Source: Promethearchaeota archaeon (GTDB lineage: Archaea > Asgardarchaeota > Lokiarchaeia > Sigyniarchaeales > SOKP01). From it: a stretch of 35,857 nucleotides of DNA. The notes under the pieces are model-generated. The model ran no database searches and was not told where the DNA came from. It saw nothing but the letters and a program-made list of their open reading frames with translations. Numbering within the stretch: position 1 is the stretch's first letter; each line of letters begins with the position of its first letter. The stretch is from NCBI GenBank assembly GCA_030603385.1, contig JAUVXW010000040.1, positions 1 through 35,857 on the forward strand. The letters run 5' to 3'. The translations under genes were made by a program, and so were the position numbers. Shown piece by piece: positions 9,599 to 19,501 of the stretch.

Positions 9599-9817
9599 AT
9601 TATCCTAAAATATTTCAAAATTTAAAAATCACATTTCTTAAATTTCTAATCATAAATTTTAATTTATTTAATCTTTATAGATAATAATAAATGGCAATTC
9701 AATCGGAAAGCTAAGAAAAGAGGAATTAGAAAAGGTATTTATAAAAAATATAAGGTAAATTTATTTCTTTCTTCTGAATTTTTATAGTGTTTTTCATATT
9801 AGTGAAGATGACTTAAA

Positions 9818-10687
9818 ATGTTCAAAGATAAAATTTTTGGGTTTTTGAAGCTTATAAGACTTGGAGTATCATTATTTGGTTGTATCGGATTATTAGTATC
9901 TGGAGTTCTTGCAGAAGATTTAAAGGGTTTTCAAATTGATTATTTGATAGCATTTTTTATAGTATTAATATCTGCCTCAGGCGCATTTGCTCTTAATGAT
10001 TATTATGATTATGAGTTAGATAAAATTAATAATAGAAAAGATCGACCATTGGTTATAGGATTAGTCTCCAGAAAAATAGCCTTAATAACTGCAATAATCT
10101 CTTTCATTATTGTCATTTTATTGAGTATGCTATTGAATATTGCTTCTACCATATTAGTAGTTATCAGTTTACCTATTTTTTACGTATATAGTATTGGATT
10201 GAAAAAAAAATTGCTTTTTAAGAACTTTTTAATTGCTTTCTCTTACTTAAGTACAATTTTCTTAGGATCATTAATTATGGATTCATATCTTGAGCCCTTA
10301 ATAATATACTTTGCTGTTATGGGATTTATAGTAGGATTGGCAAATGAGATCATGCTTGACATAGCTGATGTAAAAGGCGATAAAGAACAAGAAATAAGTA
10401 CTTTTTCTACAAAATTTGGTATTAAACCAGCAGCTCAAATTTCTACATCTCTTTATATTATTATAATGGTTCTAGATCCATTACCTTTCATTGTAAAGAT
10501 TGATGAGCGATTATATTTAGATTACATATTTTTAATCCTAATATTAATTCCAGTAATCTGTTATACTCTCCTTATGAGATCACTTTTAAGAAATCAAACA
10601 ACTGAAAATATATTAAAATTGAGAACTCTCGTTTTTTTAATTATGCAATTTGGGACAATTTCTTATCTAATAGGGGTAATAATTTAA
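9818..10687 (+). CDS. UbiA-family prenyltransferase, DGGGP-synthase-like
   Basis: Multi-pass membrane protein with NDYYDYELDKINNRKDRP and DIADVKGD Asp-rich motifs. Confidence 0.88.
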   Translation: MFKDKIFGFLKLIRLGVSLFGCIGLLVSGVLAEDLKGFQIDYLIAFFIVLISASGAFALNDYYDYELDKINNRKDRPLVIGLVSRKIALITAIISFIIVILLSMLLNIASTILVVISLPIFYVYSIGLKKKLLFKNFLIAFSYLSTIFLGSLIMDSYLEPLIIYFAVMGFIVGLANEIMLDIADVKGDKEQEISTFSTKFGIKPAAQISTSLYIIIMVLDPLPFIVKIDERLYLDYIFLILILIPVICYTLLMRSLLRNQTTENILKLRTLVFLIMQFGTISYLIGVII

Positions 10688-10744
10688 ATTTATAAATTTA
10701 AAGAAATATTGAATTAATTATTAAATTATCTCCAAAATATTTAG

Positions 10745-11611
10745 ATGAATATATTTAAATCTCCAATAATTTCTTGTTCGCGTAGAACAGATATACCTGC
10801 ATTTTTAATGGATTGGGTTATTGAAAGGATTAAAGTGGGGTATGTTGATGTAGTTAATCCATTTAATCGAAAACAAATAAACCGAGTCTCATTAGATCCC
10901 AAAATTGTTAAGTGTTTTGTTTGGTGGAGTAAAAATTTTGGAGAATGGATTAAGGAATATATTAAGAACAAAAATCTTTTCAAATCTTATAAGGGACATG
11001 TTTTTCAATTTACAATTAACTCTCCATCAGAATTAGAAAAGAATTTAAATATATCAGTTAAGGAACGATTTAAACAGTTGAAATGGCTAATAAAGGAATT
11101 TGGAATATCAGCTATAAGCTATAGATATGATCCTATAATTTTTTACAGAAATAAGGATTCAGACAGAAGTAAAAATAATTTAGATAAATTTAAGTATATA
11201 GTCGAAAATGTAGCTAATCTTGGAGTTAAGGAACTTATCTTTTCTTTTGCTACAATTTATCCTAAAGTTAAAAATAGAATGGATGCTAGAGGATATATTC
11301 CAATTGACCCCCCTTTAAAGAAAAAGCAAGAAATTTTAAACAGATTAATTAAAATATGTTTTGATTACAATATACAAATGAAAGCATGCTGTCAACCTAA
11401 TTTACTGAAATTAGAAGGTATAAAACAAGCACATTGTATAGATGCATATAAAATTGAGCAATTAATTAATGAGAAAATTCCAAAAATAAAAGATACTGGA
11501 CAGAGAAAAGACTGCGGATGTTTCAAGTCTAAAGATATTGGAGGATACACCGGGATTTTTCGATGCAGGCATAACTGCGATTATTGTTATGCTTCTCCTG
11601 CTAAAAAATAA
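10745..11611 (+). CDS. DUF1848 family protein (Fe-S, radical-SAM/SplB-related)
   Basis: Motifs IISCSRRTDIPAF, WSKN, RYDPI and C-terminal QRKDCGC..SKDIG.Y...CRHNCDYCYA. Confidence 0.88.
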   Translation: MNIFKSPIISCSRRTDIPAFLMDWVIERIKVGYVDVVNPFNRKQINRVSLDPKIVKCFVWWSKNFGEWIKEYIKNKNLFKSYKGHVFQFTINSPSELEKNLNISVKERFKQLKWLIKEFGISAISYRYDPIIFYRNKDSDRSKNNLDKFKYIVENVANLGVKELIFSFATIYPKVKNRMDARGYIPIDPPLKKKQEILNRLIKICFDYNIQMKACCQPNLLKLEGIKQAHCIDAYKIEQLINEKIPKIKDTGQRKDCGCFKSKDIGGYTGIFRCRHNCDYCYASPAKK

Positions 11612-11613
11612 AA

Positions 11614-12459
11614 TTATAAAATCCCAAGTAATTTTTTTATGCCACCAATTTTCGGAACTTCTACTTTAAAATAATGGTTCACTATATCATATAAAAAAGT
11701 AAGATAATTCATTTGTATTCTCTCATTATGCACTTCATTAATATGGTCAATAAGAATTTTTGAAGTCCATGCCTTTTTTTCAGAATTAGTTATAAAATCT
11801 ACTAAGGTTTTAGAGTATTCAAATGCCTTTTGAATCTCATTTCTAAGAATTATTAAACCAGTGACTAAATCATACTCTCCCAAAAATTTTTTCGCAATGC
11901 TTTTCTCGATCACTAATTTTTTTGGATCAATAGATTTATCTTTATCTTGAATAACGTCTCTCTTTTCAAATATTATATAATTCTCATAATTTTTCTGATC
12001 ATTTTTATAATCTATTTTTGACATAGCAATAATATCATTTTCAAATAGATTTTGCATTGCGTACTTGAAGAAATAGATAATATGATTAGCGAGAAACTGA
12101 TCATCCGAAATCAAAATTACTCCTTTGCCCAAGAAAATAGCTTTAAAAACAGAAGCCATTAATAATTCAGGAATATTCAATTTTATTAAATCGTGATTAA
12201 TTGATTCGGCTTCAGGAATAATATTCTCTGCTCCTTCAGATGTTGAGACCTCAGGAGCTTCAATTTTAAAGTCTGCAATTAAACAGTCTCTCACTATAAG
12301 ATTTTTATCGACATACGCGATAAAAGTATGTTCACATATCATTCCGGCAGTTATATTGACAGCTAAAAGTCCTTTCGCAACATTTTTTGTCGCATCATCT
12401 GAGATTTCAATATTATCCCAATTAGAACAAACTGGACATCTAACTTCAATTTTAGCCAT
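11614..12459 (-). CDS. Zn-ribbon-containing hypothetical protein, possible DENN-like core
   Basis: CPVC...CEH motif at the N-terminus, followed by an alpha/beta region (see findings). Confidence 0.7.
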   Translation of the reverse strand: MAKIEVRCPVCSNWDNIEISDDATKNVAKGLLAVNITAGMICEHTFIAYVDKNLIVRDCLIADFKIEAPEVSTSEGAENIIPEAESINHDLIKLNIPELLMASVFKAIFLGKGVILISDDQFLANHIIYFFKYAMQNLFENDIIAMSKIDYKNDQKNYENYIIFEKRDVIQDKDKSIDPKKLVIEKSIAKKFLGEYDLVTGLIILRNEIQKAFEYSKTLVDFITNSEKKAWTSKILIDHINEVHNERIQMNYLTFLYDIVNHYFKVEVPKIGGIKKLLGIL

Positions 12460-12609
12460 ATTTAATCAATATAGTCTGTCGAATACTTATCTTATAAAAA
12501 GCATATAGAATTCCTATGTTGCTATCTTTCTTATCTATTTATTAATTGTTGTAATATCAATATATAAGTTTGCAATAATTAGAGAAAATCGCCTTATTTA
12601 TGAATCTGT

Positions 12610-13089
12610 TTAATACCTTTTAACTCTACCATAGTTTTTTTCGATTAAATTCGCTATTAGCAAGCATATTATGGCACTAATATTTTCAGCAGTTAAAAAA
12701 GAAATTGTGTTATTCAGAAAAAAAGTACATATATAGAAAGTTATAAAGAAAATAGGTGTGAAAACCGCAAATATGATGATTAAAGGCTTTGTTATTGGGA
12801 AATTTAAGATTTGCTCTAATTTTGAAGAGTATGTTTTTGATTTTCGAAATTGGCTTCTTAATTTCTCTCTTCTCTCAACTTGAGCATAACTCTCAAAAAT
12901 AATCATGGAAGCATAAAATGTCGCCAAGGTTATTCCAAGTGGAACTAATATAACAACATAATAATTACCAATCTCTAAAAAATATTGCCCAATATATATT
13001 AAAAAGAGTTGTAAAACCCCACACATACCTAATAGCAATAATGCGATTCCAAAATATTCCTTTGATTTCCAACGGATTCTAATTGGCAT
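12610..13089 (-). CDS. Hypothetical membrane protein (~4 TM)
   Basis: Four hydrophobic segments in 159 aa; lies immediately downstream of tRNA-Val on the same strand. Confidence 0.75.
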   Translation of the reverse strand: MPIRIRWKSKEYFGIALLLLGMCGVLQLFLIYIGQYFLEIGNYYVVILVPLGITLATFYASMIIFESYAQVERREKLRSQFRKSKTYSSKLEQILNFPITKPLIIIFAVFTPIFFITFYICTFFLNNTISFLTAENISAIICLLIANLIEKNYGRVKRY

Positions 13090-13116
13090 CTTTTTCTTAT
13101 CTTCTTAATTTGTTAG

Positions 13117-13190
13117 TGGGCCCGGCGCGATTTGAACGCACGACCTTCTGCACGTCAAGCAGACGTCATACCAGGCTAGACCACGGGCCC
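13117..13190 (-). tRNA. tRNA-Val(GAC), no intron, CCA not encoded
   Basis: Reverse complement is GGGCCCGTGGTCTAGCCTGGTATGACGTCTGCTTGACGTGCAGAAGGTCGTGCGTTCAAATCGCGCCGGGCCCA. Acceptor stem GGGCCCG/CGGGCCC, anticodon arm TCTGC-TTGACGT-GCAGA, T-loop TTCAAAT. Confidence 0.96.
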
Positions 13191-13325
13191 TTAATTTCAA
13201 TATGATAAAATATCGAAATTAGCTATAGATAATTTATTTCATTAAAAAATAAATATTTTATCAATATTCTGAGAAAAATTTCAACAATTAAGTCTTAACT
13301 TCTTAAAAAAATAATAGAAAAAAAG

Positions 13326-15233
13326 TTAAAAATTATATATGGAATTCTTTTGTTTCTTAATGATAAATATCGAAATCACAGAAATAATCCCAATAAACAG
13401 AAGAATGTTATATCCCGGGATAGTAGTAGGACTCGGTTTACTCGGTATTTCAACCAATCTTACTAAAAGTGTATTTGCGGGTTCAGTATTATCCACAAGA
13501 TCAATAGCTTGATATGAGATAAGATAATCACCATATTTATAACTCGATAAATCAAATGGATTAGTATAATCAATCCAACCAGAATTATTGATTCTGTACT
13601 TAATTACAGAAACTCCAGATCCTAATCCGTCATCAGCAGTTAAGGAAAATGTTGTTGATTTATTTACTTGAATAGTTTCACTATGTGGAATGAAATATAT
13701 TAAAGATGTTGGAGGATTTAGATCTTTATTGATAACCACTTCAGCATACCCTTCACGCCCAAAAGAATCATTAGCATAGAATATTATAGTGAATGTACCA
13801 TTATTTTTTTTATCCCATTCTGTTTGGTTGATTGTTCCGGTTAATTCTATAAATGTTTTATTTATAAATCCATCATCTAATGTGTACCAAGTAGTATTCA
13901 AGTTAGGTTCTATGATATCGAGATCAAAAGTAGGTGCAACCGTCCCGAAGAAGTCATACTGATCTGGCGAAGTAATTGATATTTGAGGAGGACCTGTATC
14001 AACTTTTACAAGTAACATATCAGGATTTCCTACATTAGAATTCTCATCCCAAGTTCCCGCAAGATAAACATTTTGTAAAGAATCCAATATTATATCCCAA
14101 TAGGCATCAAACCCACTTCCACCCCATGTGTGATTCCATTGCTGGAAACCTAAATTGTCACATTCTACTAAACAAAAATCATAATTTCCCAAGCCTGTGG
14201 TGTCTACAACTCCACCAATATAAATATTATCTGAAGAATCCAGAACTATTGAAGTAGCCCAATCCATACCATTTCCACCAAAAGTACGATTCCATAGATA
14301 TTCTCCAAGGTTATTGAATTTTACAAGACAAAAATCAAAATCTATATCATTTACAATTGTATAAAATCCTGCTAGATAAATATTCTCTGAAGAATCCAAC
14401 GCAATATCAAAAGCATAATCATCATAACTTCCCCCCCATGTGCTATTCCACTGATAATCGCCAAGATTATTGAATTTTACAAGACAAAAATCCGTAGGTC
14501 CATCATCTACAATTATATATCCTGCTAGATAAATATTATCTGATGAATCCAATGCTATTGAGTAAGTTTCCTCATCATAACTTCCCCCCCATGTACGATT
14601 CCATAGATATTGACCATTGCTATCAAATTTTACTAAACACACATCTGAATCGGACCTAAGGTTGTCATATCTATATTTTCCTGCTAGATAAATATTATCT
14701 GATGAATCCAATGCTACTGCGTGAGCAAAATCATATTTGCTTCCGCCCCATGTACGATTCCATTGATATTGACCATTGCTATCAAATTTTACTAAACACA
14801 TATCTGCAGTTTCTCCTCCTAAATGTCCTATTCCCCCCGCAAGGTAAATGTTATCTGATGAATCTAGCACTATTGCCGCCGCCGAATCTTCATAACTACC
14901 ACCCCATGTACGATTCCATTGATACTGACCAAGATTATCGAATTTCACTAAACACATATCAAAATCTCCCGAAATGGTATTGTTTGTAAATCCTGCTAGA
15001 TAAATATTACCCGATGAATCTAATGCTAAAGCTCGAGCACCTTCCGCAATACCACTTTCACCCCATGTAATATTCCATTGATAATCAATCGAATTACTAG
15101 TAGATAAGGTGGAATGTATATCTTCTTTGGTGCTATCTTCTTGCTCTTCTGGTATAACGTTTATATCTTGAAATAGGAAGCTAAGCATTAGAATAGAAAC
15201 AAATGCTAACGAAAATATTTTTTTACTTTTCAA
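13326..15233 (-). CDS. Secreted, membrane-anchored 7-bladed beta-propeller (SBBP-like repeats) with Ig-like domains and Loki-CTERM-like anchor
   Basis: Signal peptide; seven ~52-aa repeats WNxTWGG..D.A..I.LDSSDNIYLAG...DFCLVKFD; beta-rich stalk; ends in IPGY + TM helix + KKQK. Confidence 0.88.
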   Translation of the reverse strand: MKSKKIFSLAFVSILMLSFLFQDINVIPEEQEDSTKEDIHSTLSTSNSIDYQWNITWGESGIAEGARALALDSSGNIYLAGFTNNTISGDFDMCLVKFDNLGQYQWNRTWGGSYEDSAAAIVLDSSDNIYLAGGIGHLGGETADMCLVKFDSNGQYQWNRTWGGSKYDFAHAVALDSSDNIYLAGKYRYDNLRSDSDVCLVKFDSNGQYLWNRTWGGSYDEETYSIALDSSDNIYLAGYIIVDDGPTDFCLVKFNNLGDYQWNSTWGGSYDDYAFDIALDSSENIYLAGFYTIVNDIDFDFCLVKFNNLGEYLWNRTFGGNGMDWATSIVLDSSDNIYIGGVVDTTGLGNYDFCLVECDNLGFQQWNHTWGGSGFDAYWDIILDSLQNVYLAGTWDENSNVGNPDMLLVKVDTGPPQISITSPDQYDFFGTVAPTFDLDIIEPNLNTTWYTLDDGFINKTFIELTGTINQTEWDKKNNGTFTIIFYANDSFGREGYAEVVINKDLNPPTSLIYFIPHSETIQVNKSTTFSLTADDGLGSGVSVIKYRINNSGWIDYTNPFDLSSYKYGDYLISYQAIDLVDNTEPANTLLVRLVEIPSKPSPTTIPGYNILLFIGIISVISIFIIKKQKNSIYNF

Positions 15234-15546
15234 TTTTTTTCACTTAAGGTTTTGAATTTTTTTCCAAATTTTTTTTAAAACTTCGAAAATATTATTGATT
15301 TTGCATAATCGATTTCTTAACATTTATGTGTAATGTACATAGATGTCTTTTAAAAATAAGATGTTATCTAATATAAAGTTATAAGGTTCAAATTTAAACA
15401 AAAGTGTAATTTTATATTAAAATTGGATTACGAATGATTGTTATTAGACATTATTTAACAATTATGTTGCTTTCTATCCTTTAATCAATAAGGGTAATCT
15501 AAATTTCACTTAAAAAAAAAAAACTAAGAAAAAAATGATATGAAGT

Positions 15547-16770
15547 TTAAACTTTTTTTTCTCTTAAAGCTCTAATCATAGGTAAGTCTTTTCCAGAAAG
15601 GATTTCGAGCATCGCGCCTCCTGCTGTCGAAATGAAAGAAACATCGTCAGCTTTTCCGGCCATTGAAGCTGCTGCGCCCATTTCACCACCACCAATAATT
15701 GTAAGGGCATTATTTTTCTTAGTGGCTGCAACCATCGTACCAACAATTTCATTGGTAGCTTTTCTAAATACTTCCTTTTCGAATATGCCTGGAGGTCCGT
15801 TTGCGACAATAGTTTTGCATTTCATAAGAATTTCATTAAATTTATCTACTGTTTTAGGGCCAATATCTCCTGTTGTAGTATTATAAGTACCAGCCTCATC
15901 AATTTCAATTGTTTTTCTATTACCATTGTCATCAATGATCAAATCTTCTGGAAGAATGATTTTATCTTTGTACTTCTCATAAGTTTCCATAATCATATCT
16001 TTATTAGCTTCCAGATCTTCAGCTATTATTTTATGGTTTGGTTCTCCCATATTTTTACCTAACGCTTCAAAGATCAGAATAGCTGTCAATCCTGAGCATA
16101 AAGCATAGTCTAATTTTTCATTATCAAAATTATATTTCATTGCTTTAAATTTGTCTATAGCCTTTGCTCCACCAATTAGCATAGCCATAGGTTTTTCAGG
16201 TCCTTGCATGATTTTCTTCAATGCATCTAATTCCTTGTCGGTTATTGGTCCTGCCATCATCTTAGGCCATCCTACTATCGATGCGTGAGCACGGTGAGCC
16301 GCTCCAAAAGCATCAACAATAACGTAATCAACCAATGGAAATAATGTTTTAACCATTTCTGTGTTTTCTGCTTCGGAAAAATCTTTATAATTTTTCATTT
16401 CTCCTTGAAATTTCCTTACGTTGTTAAGGACTAAAATCTCTCCTTTTTTGAGGGCCTTAATGGCTTGGATTGCTTGCTCACCATATATATCTTTGACAAA
16501 TTTAACAGGGCGACCAAGATATTTTTCGATCTCCTTTGCATGTAAATCCAAATCTGTAAAATCATCGCGACCTGGACGAGATTGATGTGCTAGAATGATA
16601 ACAGCGCTTTTCTTAAAATATTGATTCAAAGCAAGGGCAAGTACACGAATTCTTGGTGAATCTCTTATTTCCATCTTTTCTAAATCAATGTTAGAGTTTA
16701 TGTCAACACGCATTAAGACTTTCTTACCTTTTAAATTCACATCCTTAAAAGATGTATAATCAATTTTCAT
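15547..16770 (-). CDS. pgk: Phosphoglycerate kinase (archaeal type)
   Basis: Motifs RVDINS, AHQSRPG, DAFGAAHRAHAS, GGAK, NGPPGIFE and STAGGA. Confidence 0.96.
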   Translation of the reverse strand: MKIDYTSFKDVNLKGKKVLMRVDINSNIDLEKMEIRDSPRIRVLALALNQYFKKSAVIILAHQSRPGRDDFTDLDLHAKEIEKYLGRPVKFVKDIYGEQAIQAIKALKKGEILVLNNVRKFQGEMKNYKDFSEAENTEMVKTLFPLVDYVIVDAFGAAHRAHASIVGWPKMMAGPITDKELDALKKIMQGPEKPMAMLIGGAKAIDKFKAMKYNFDNEKLDYALCSGLTAILIFEALGKNMGEPNHKIIAEDLEANKDMIMETYEKYKDKIILPEDLIIDDNGNRKTIEIDEAGTYNTTTGDIGPKTVDKFNEILMKCKTIVANGPPGIFEKEVFRKATNEIVGTMVAATKKNNALTIIGGGEMGAAASMAGKADDVSFISTAGGAMLEILSGKDLPMIRALREKKV

Positions 16771-16966
16771 ATGTTACATCACTTCAAATTAGGATTAATA
16801 ATTGAAATTAGTGGTAATTTATAATTATTTTAAGTAGTTATTATTTTTTTTTAAAAATTGATAAACTATAAAAATTTTATAAATTAGAAAAATACAAAAT
16901 AAAAGAACTCTTACTAATACAAAATAATTTACCTTTTCTTATCACATTCTATTGTGAATATAAATT

Positions 16967-17752
16967 ATGAGTGATATTAAAGATATTCTCGCTAAACTAC
17001 TTGAGAAAAAAATGTCTATAGAAGAAGCTGAAAGATTACTAAGAGCCAATCATGTTGAAGAAGTCGGAGATTTAGCTAAATTAGACATTTTTCGTAAAAC
17101 AAGGACAGGTACACCTGAAGTTATTTTTGCCCTAAATAAAGAACCAGAAATGGTTATTGAAATTACTAAGAAGTTCCTACAAAGTAAACAATTCGCAATA
17201 ATCTCTCGTTATAATGTAGACCAGAAGATTCTAATCGATAAAACCTTCGAAAAAGCTGAAAATTATGATATTGATATAAATGACCTTGGAAAAATATTGG
17301 TAATTAAAGAAAAATCCTATGAATTTCCTAAGAAAAGTGGAATTGTGGGAATTATTACTGCGGGAAGTTCAGACATACCAATAGCAATTGAAGCAGAAGT
17401 TATTGCTGAAGCTATGGGTTGTAAGGTTATTACAACTTATGATGTAGGTATTGCTGGTATTCATCGAATTTTTACACCTTTGAGTGAGATGATTAAAAAG
17501 GGAGTTCACATAATAATAGTGTGTGCGGGAATGGAAGGAACTCTACCTGGATTAGTTGCAGCTCTTGTTGATGTTCCTGTTATAGGAGTTCCAATATCAA
17601 GTGGATATGGTATGGGTGAAAAAGGAAAGGGTGCATTAATTACCATGTTACAATCTTGTTCTCCAGGATTATTAGTTGTTAATATTGATAATGGATTTGG
17701 TGCTGGGGCTTCTGCGGCGATGATTGCTAATAAAATTTCAGAAAAGTTTTAA
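16967..17752 (+). CDS. larB: Nickel-pincer cofactor biosynthesis protein LarB
   Basis: Motifs AKLD..R..RTG.PEVIF, TAGSSD, DVGIAGIHR, AGMEGTLP, PVIGVP.S.GYG, CSPG and VVNIDNGFGA. Confidence 0.94.
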   Translation: MSDIKDILAKLLEKKMSIEEAERLLRANHVEEVGDLAKLDIFRKTRTGTPEVIFALNKEPEMVIEITKKFLQSKQFAIISRYNVDQKILIDKTFEKAENYDIDINDLGKILVIKEKSYEFPKKSGIVGIITAGSSDIPIAIEAEVIAEAMGCKVITTYDVGIAGIHRIFTPLSEMIKKGVHIIIVCAGMEGTLPGLVAALVDVPVIGVPISSGYGMGEKGKGALITMLQSCSPGLLVVNIDNGFGAGASAAMIANKISEKF

Positions 17753-17914
17753 TTTGTAATTTAAGATATAATGAAATTAATAGAATTGTAAAGCGGTTAG
17801 AAGCTATTATTCTCATTTTAGCTTAAACCCAGTTAGAAAAGTTATATAAATACTCGGGTTTAAATTTCATTTAATTATCATTGAAAAAATATATTATAAA
17901 AATAGGTGAAATGT

Positions 17915-18577
17915 TTGGCAACAACTGCATCACTTGAAGCTTTATCCAAACTTCGTGAATTAAATCAGGAACTTGGATGGTATGTTGTTCCATTTCTCGT
18001 TCTAGTATTATACATTTATGGAGTGGAAGTTAAGAATGCAAGAGAAACATGAAATTGGAGTACTGTATTTGCGGGGTTAACTCTTTTAGGCTTAGATTTG
18101 ATAAATGAAATATGGAATGGGCTTATTTTTGCCTTTTCGGATCATTCTGCTTTTTGGACTACACCCGGAGCAAGTGCTTACATCATTCTAATTGGATGGA
18201 ATATTGAAATTGCTTTTATGTTTTCAATTGCAGGTATAGTATTTGCTAAGTTTTTACCAGAGGATAAAAACAAGAAGATATTGGGAATCCCAAATCGATG
18301 GGCTATGGCAATTGGTTTTACTATCTTTTCTGTTTTTGTAGAAATCTTGTTGAACAGGGGAAATTATTTAATCTGGGAATACGCATGGTGGCACTGGTAT
18401 AATCCAGTTTTAATCTTTCTATTTGGATATTTTCACTTCTTTGTAGGAGCTTTTTATGTATACGATTTACCAGATAGAAAGTCGAAAGTTAGAGTAGTAG
18501 GGATAATCTACGCTATAGGTATTGTGCTATTATGCATTTTTCTACCTCTGGGTATAGCGGGAATAATTAATTTTTAA
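17915..18577 (+). pseudogene. Multi-pass membrane protein interrupted by one in-frame TGA (18050-18052)
   Basis: GGTGA RBS then TTG at 17915 reads MATTASLEALSKLRELNQELGWYVVPFLVLVLYIYGVEVKNARET*NWSTVFAGLTLLGLDL, in frame with the 18098 ORF. Confidence 0.7.
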
Positions 18578-18884
18578 TTTATTCAACTCTATTTTTTTTA
18601 TTTTTTTAACCACTTTAAATACATTTATTCAAAATTTATAAAATTGAATCTTAGCAAATGGTAGGGAATGCACTTTAATTAAAAACATATTCGTTTAAAT
18701 AAACAGTTATCTAAGTTAATCTTTACACTTTAAGATGCTTTAAGATTAAGATTAGAATTTCTCTAAGATTGCTTAGAGCACACCAAAACTATAAATATGT
18801 AAATTAATATAATAATAATTGAACTTATTTTTATCTAAATAAAAACTAAAATTCAATAAGATCAAGAAATTAGTTGAGACCCCA

Positions 18885-19427
18885 ATGGTCGCATCTATTG
18901 AACATCAAGAATTTTTTGAGAGATCAAAAAAATTTTTTGAAGATAAAGATATCGAGAATACTTTAGATCACTATGAAAAGGCTCTTGAACGCATAGATCG
19001 TACAAAATCAAAGAATAAAACGAAATACATTCAATTTTTAGACTCTATCTTAAAGTTTTGCAGAGAAAACAATTTACCTGAACAAGAAGCTTTAGTTTTA
19101 AGGGCATTAGGAAGAACATACTCAGTATTTAAACAACACGCTGAAAGTATGAAATGCCATTATCAATCACTAAAGATTCAAAAAAAATTAGGTAAAAAGG
19201 TAGAAATTGCTGAGGGTTTAGTGTTTCTAGCTGAAGATCTTGAAGTCTCTGGGAATTACGAAAAAAGCGTACAAATATTCCAAGAAGCATCAGAAATATT
19301 CCAAGCTTTAGGAAAACTAAGAAAAATCAAGGACATTACAAAAGAAATAAATCGATTAAAAGAATTTTCCAAAGAAATGGTTGAAGATGAGTACTACTTA
19401 AATAAGTTTCAAGTTGATAAATATTAA
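18885..19427 (+). CDS. Tetratricopeptide-repeat protein
   Basis: Helical TPR-like pattern, e.g. EALVLRALGRTY...YQSLKIQKKLG and GNYEKSVQIFQEASEIF. Confidence 0.82.
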   Translation: MVASIEHQEFFERSKKFFEDKDIENTLDHYEKALERIDRTKSKNKTKYIQFLDSILKFCRENNLPEQEALVLRALGRTYSVFKQHAESMKCHYQSLKIQKKLGKKVEIAEGLVFLAEDLEVSGNYEKSVQIFQEASEIFQALGKLRKIKDITKEINRLKEFSKEMVEDEYYLNKFQVDKY

Positions 19428-19501
19428 AGCAGACCAACACTGAAATTTATTTATAAACCAATTTTTTTTCTTTTTTTTATAATTTTTCTAGTATATAATG
19501 A

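Noticed and set aside
14000-15085. Diversity-generating retroelement TR/VR pair
   Set aside because: Repeats are in-frame propeller blades with loop-length differences rather than adenine-specific changes, and no reverse transcriptase is present.
13117-15233. Island integrated at tRNA-Val carrying the propeller gene
   Set aside because: No integrase and no duplicated tRNA end were seen, and the gene lies on the tRNA's 5' side.
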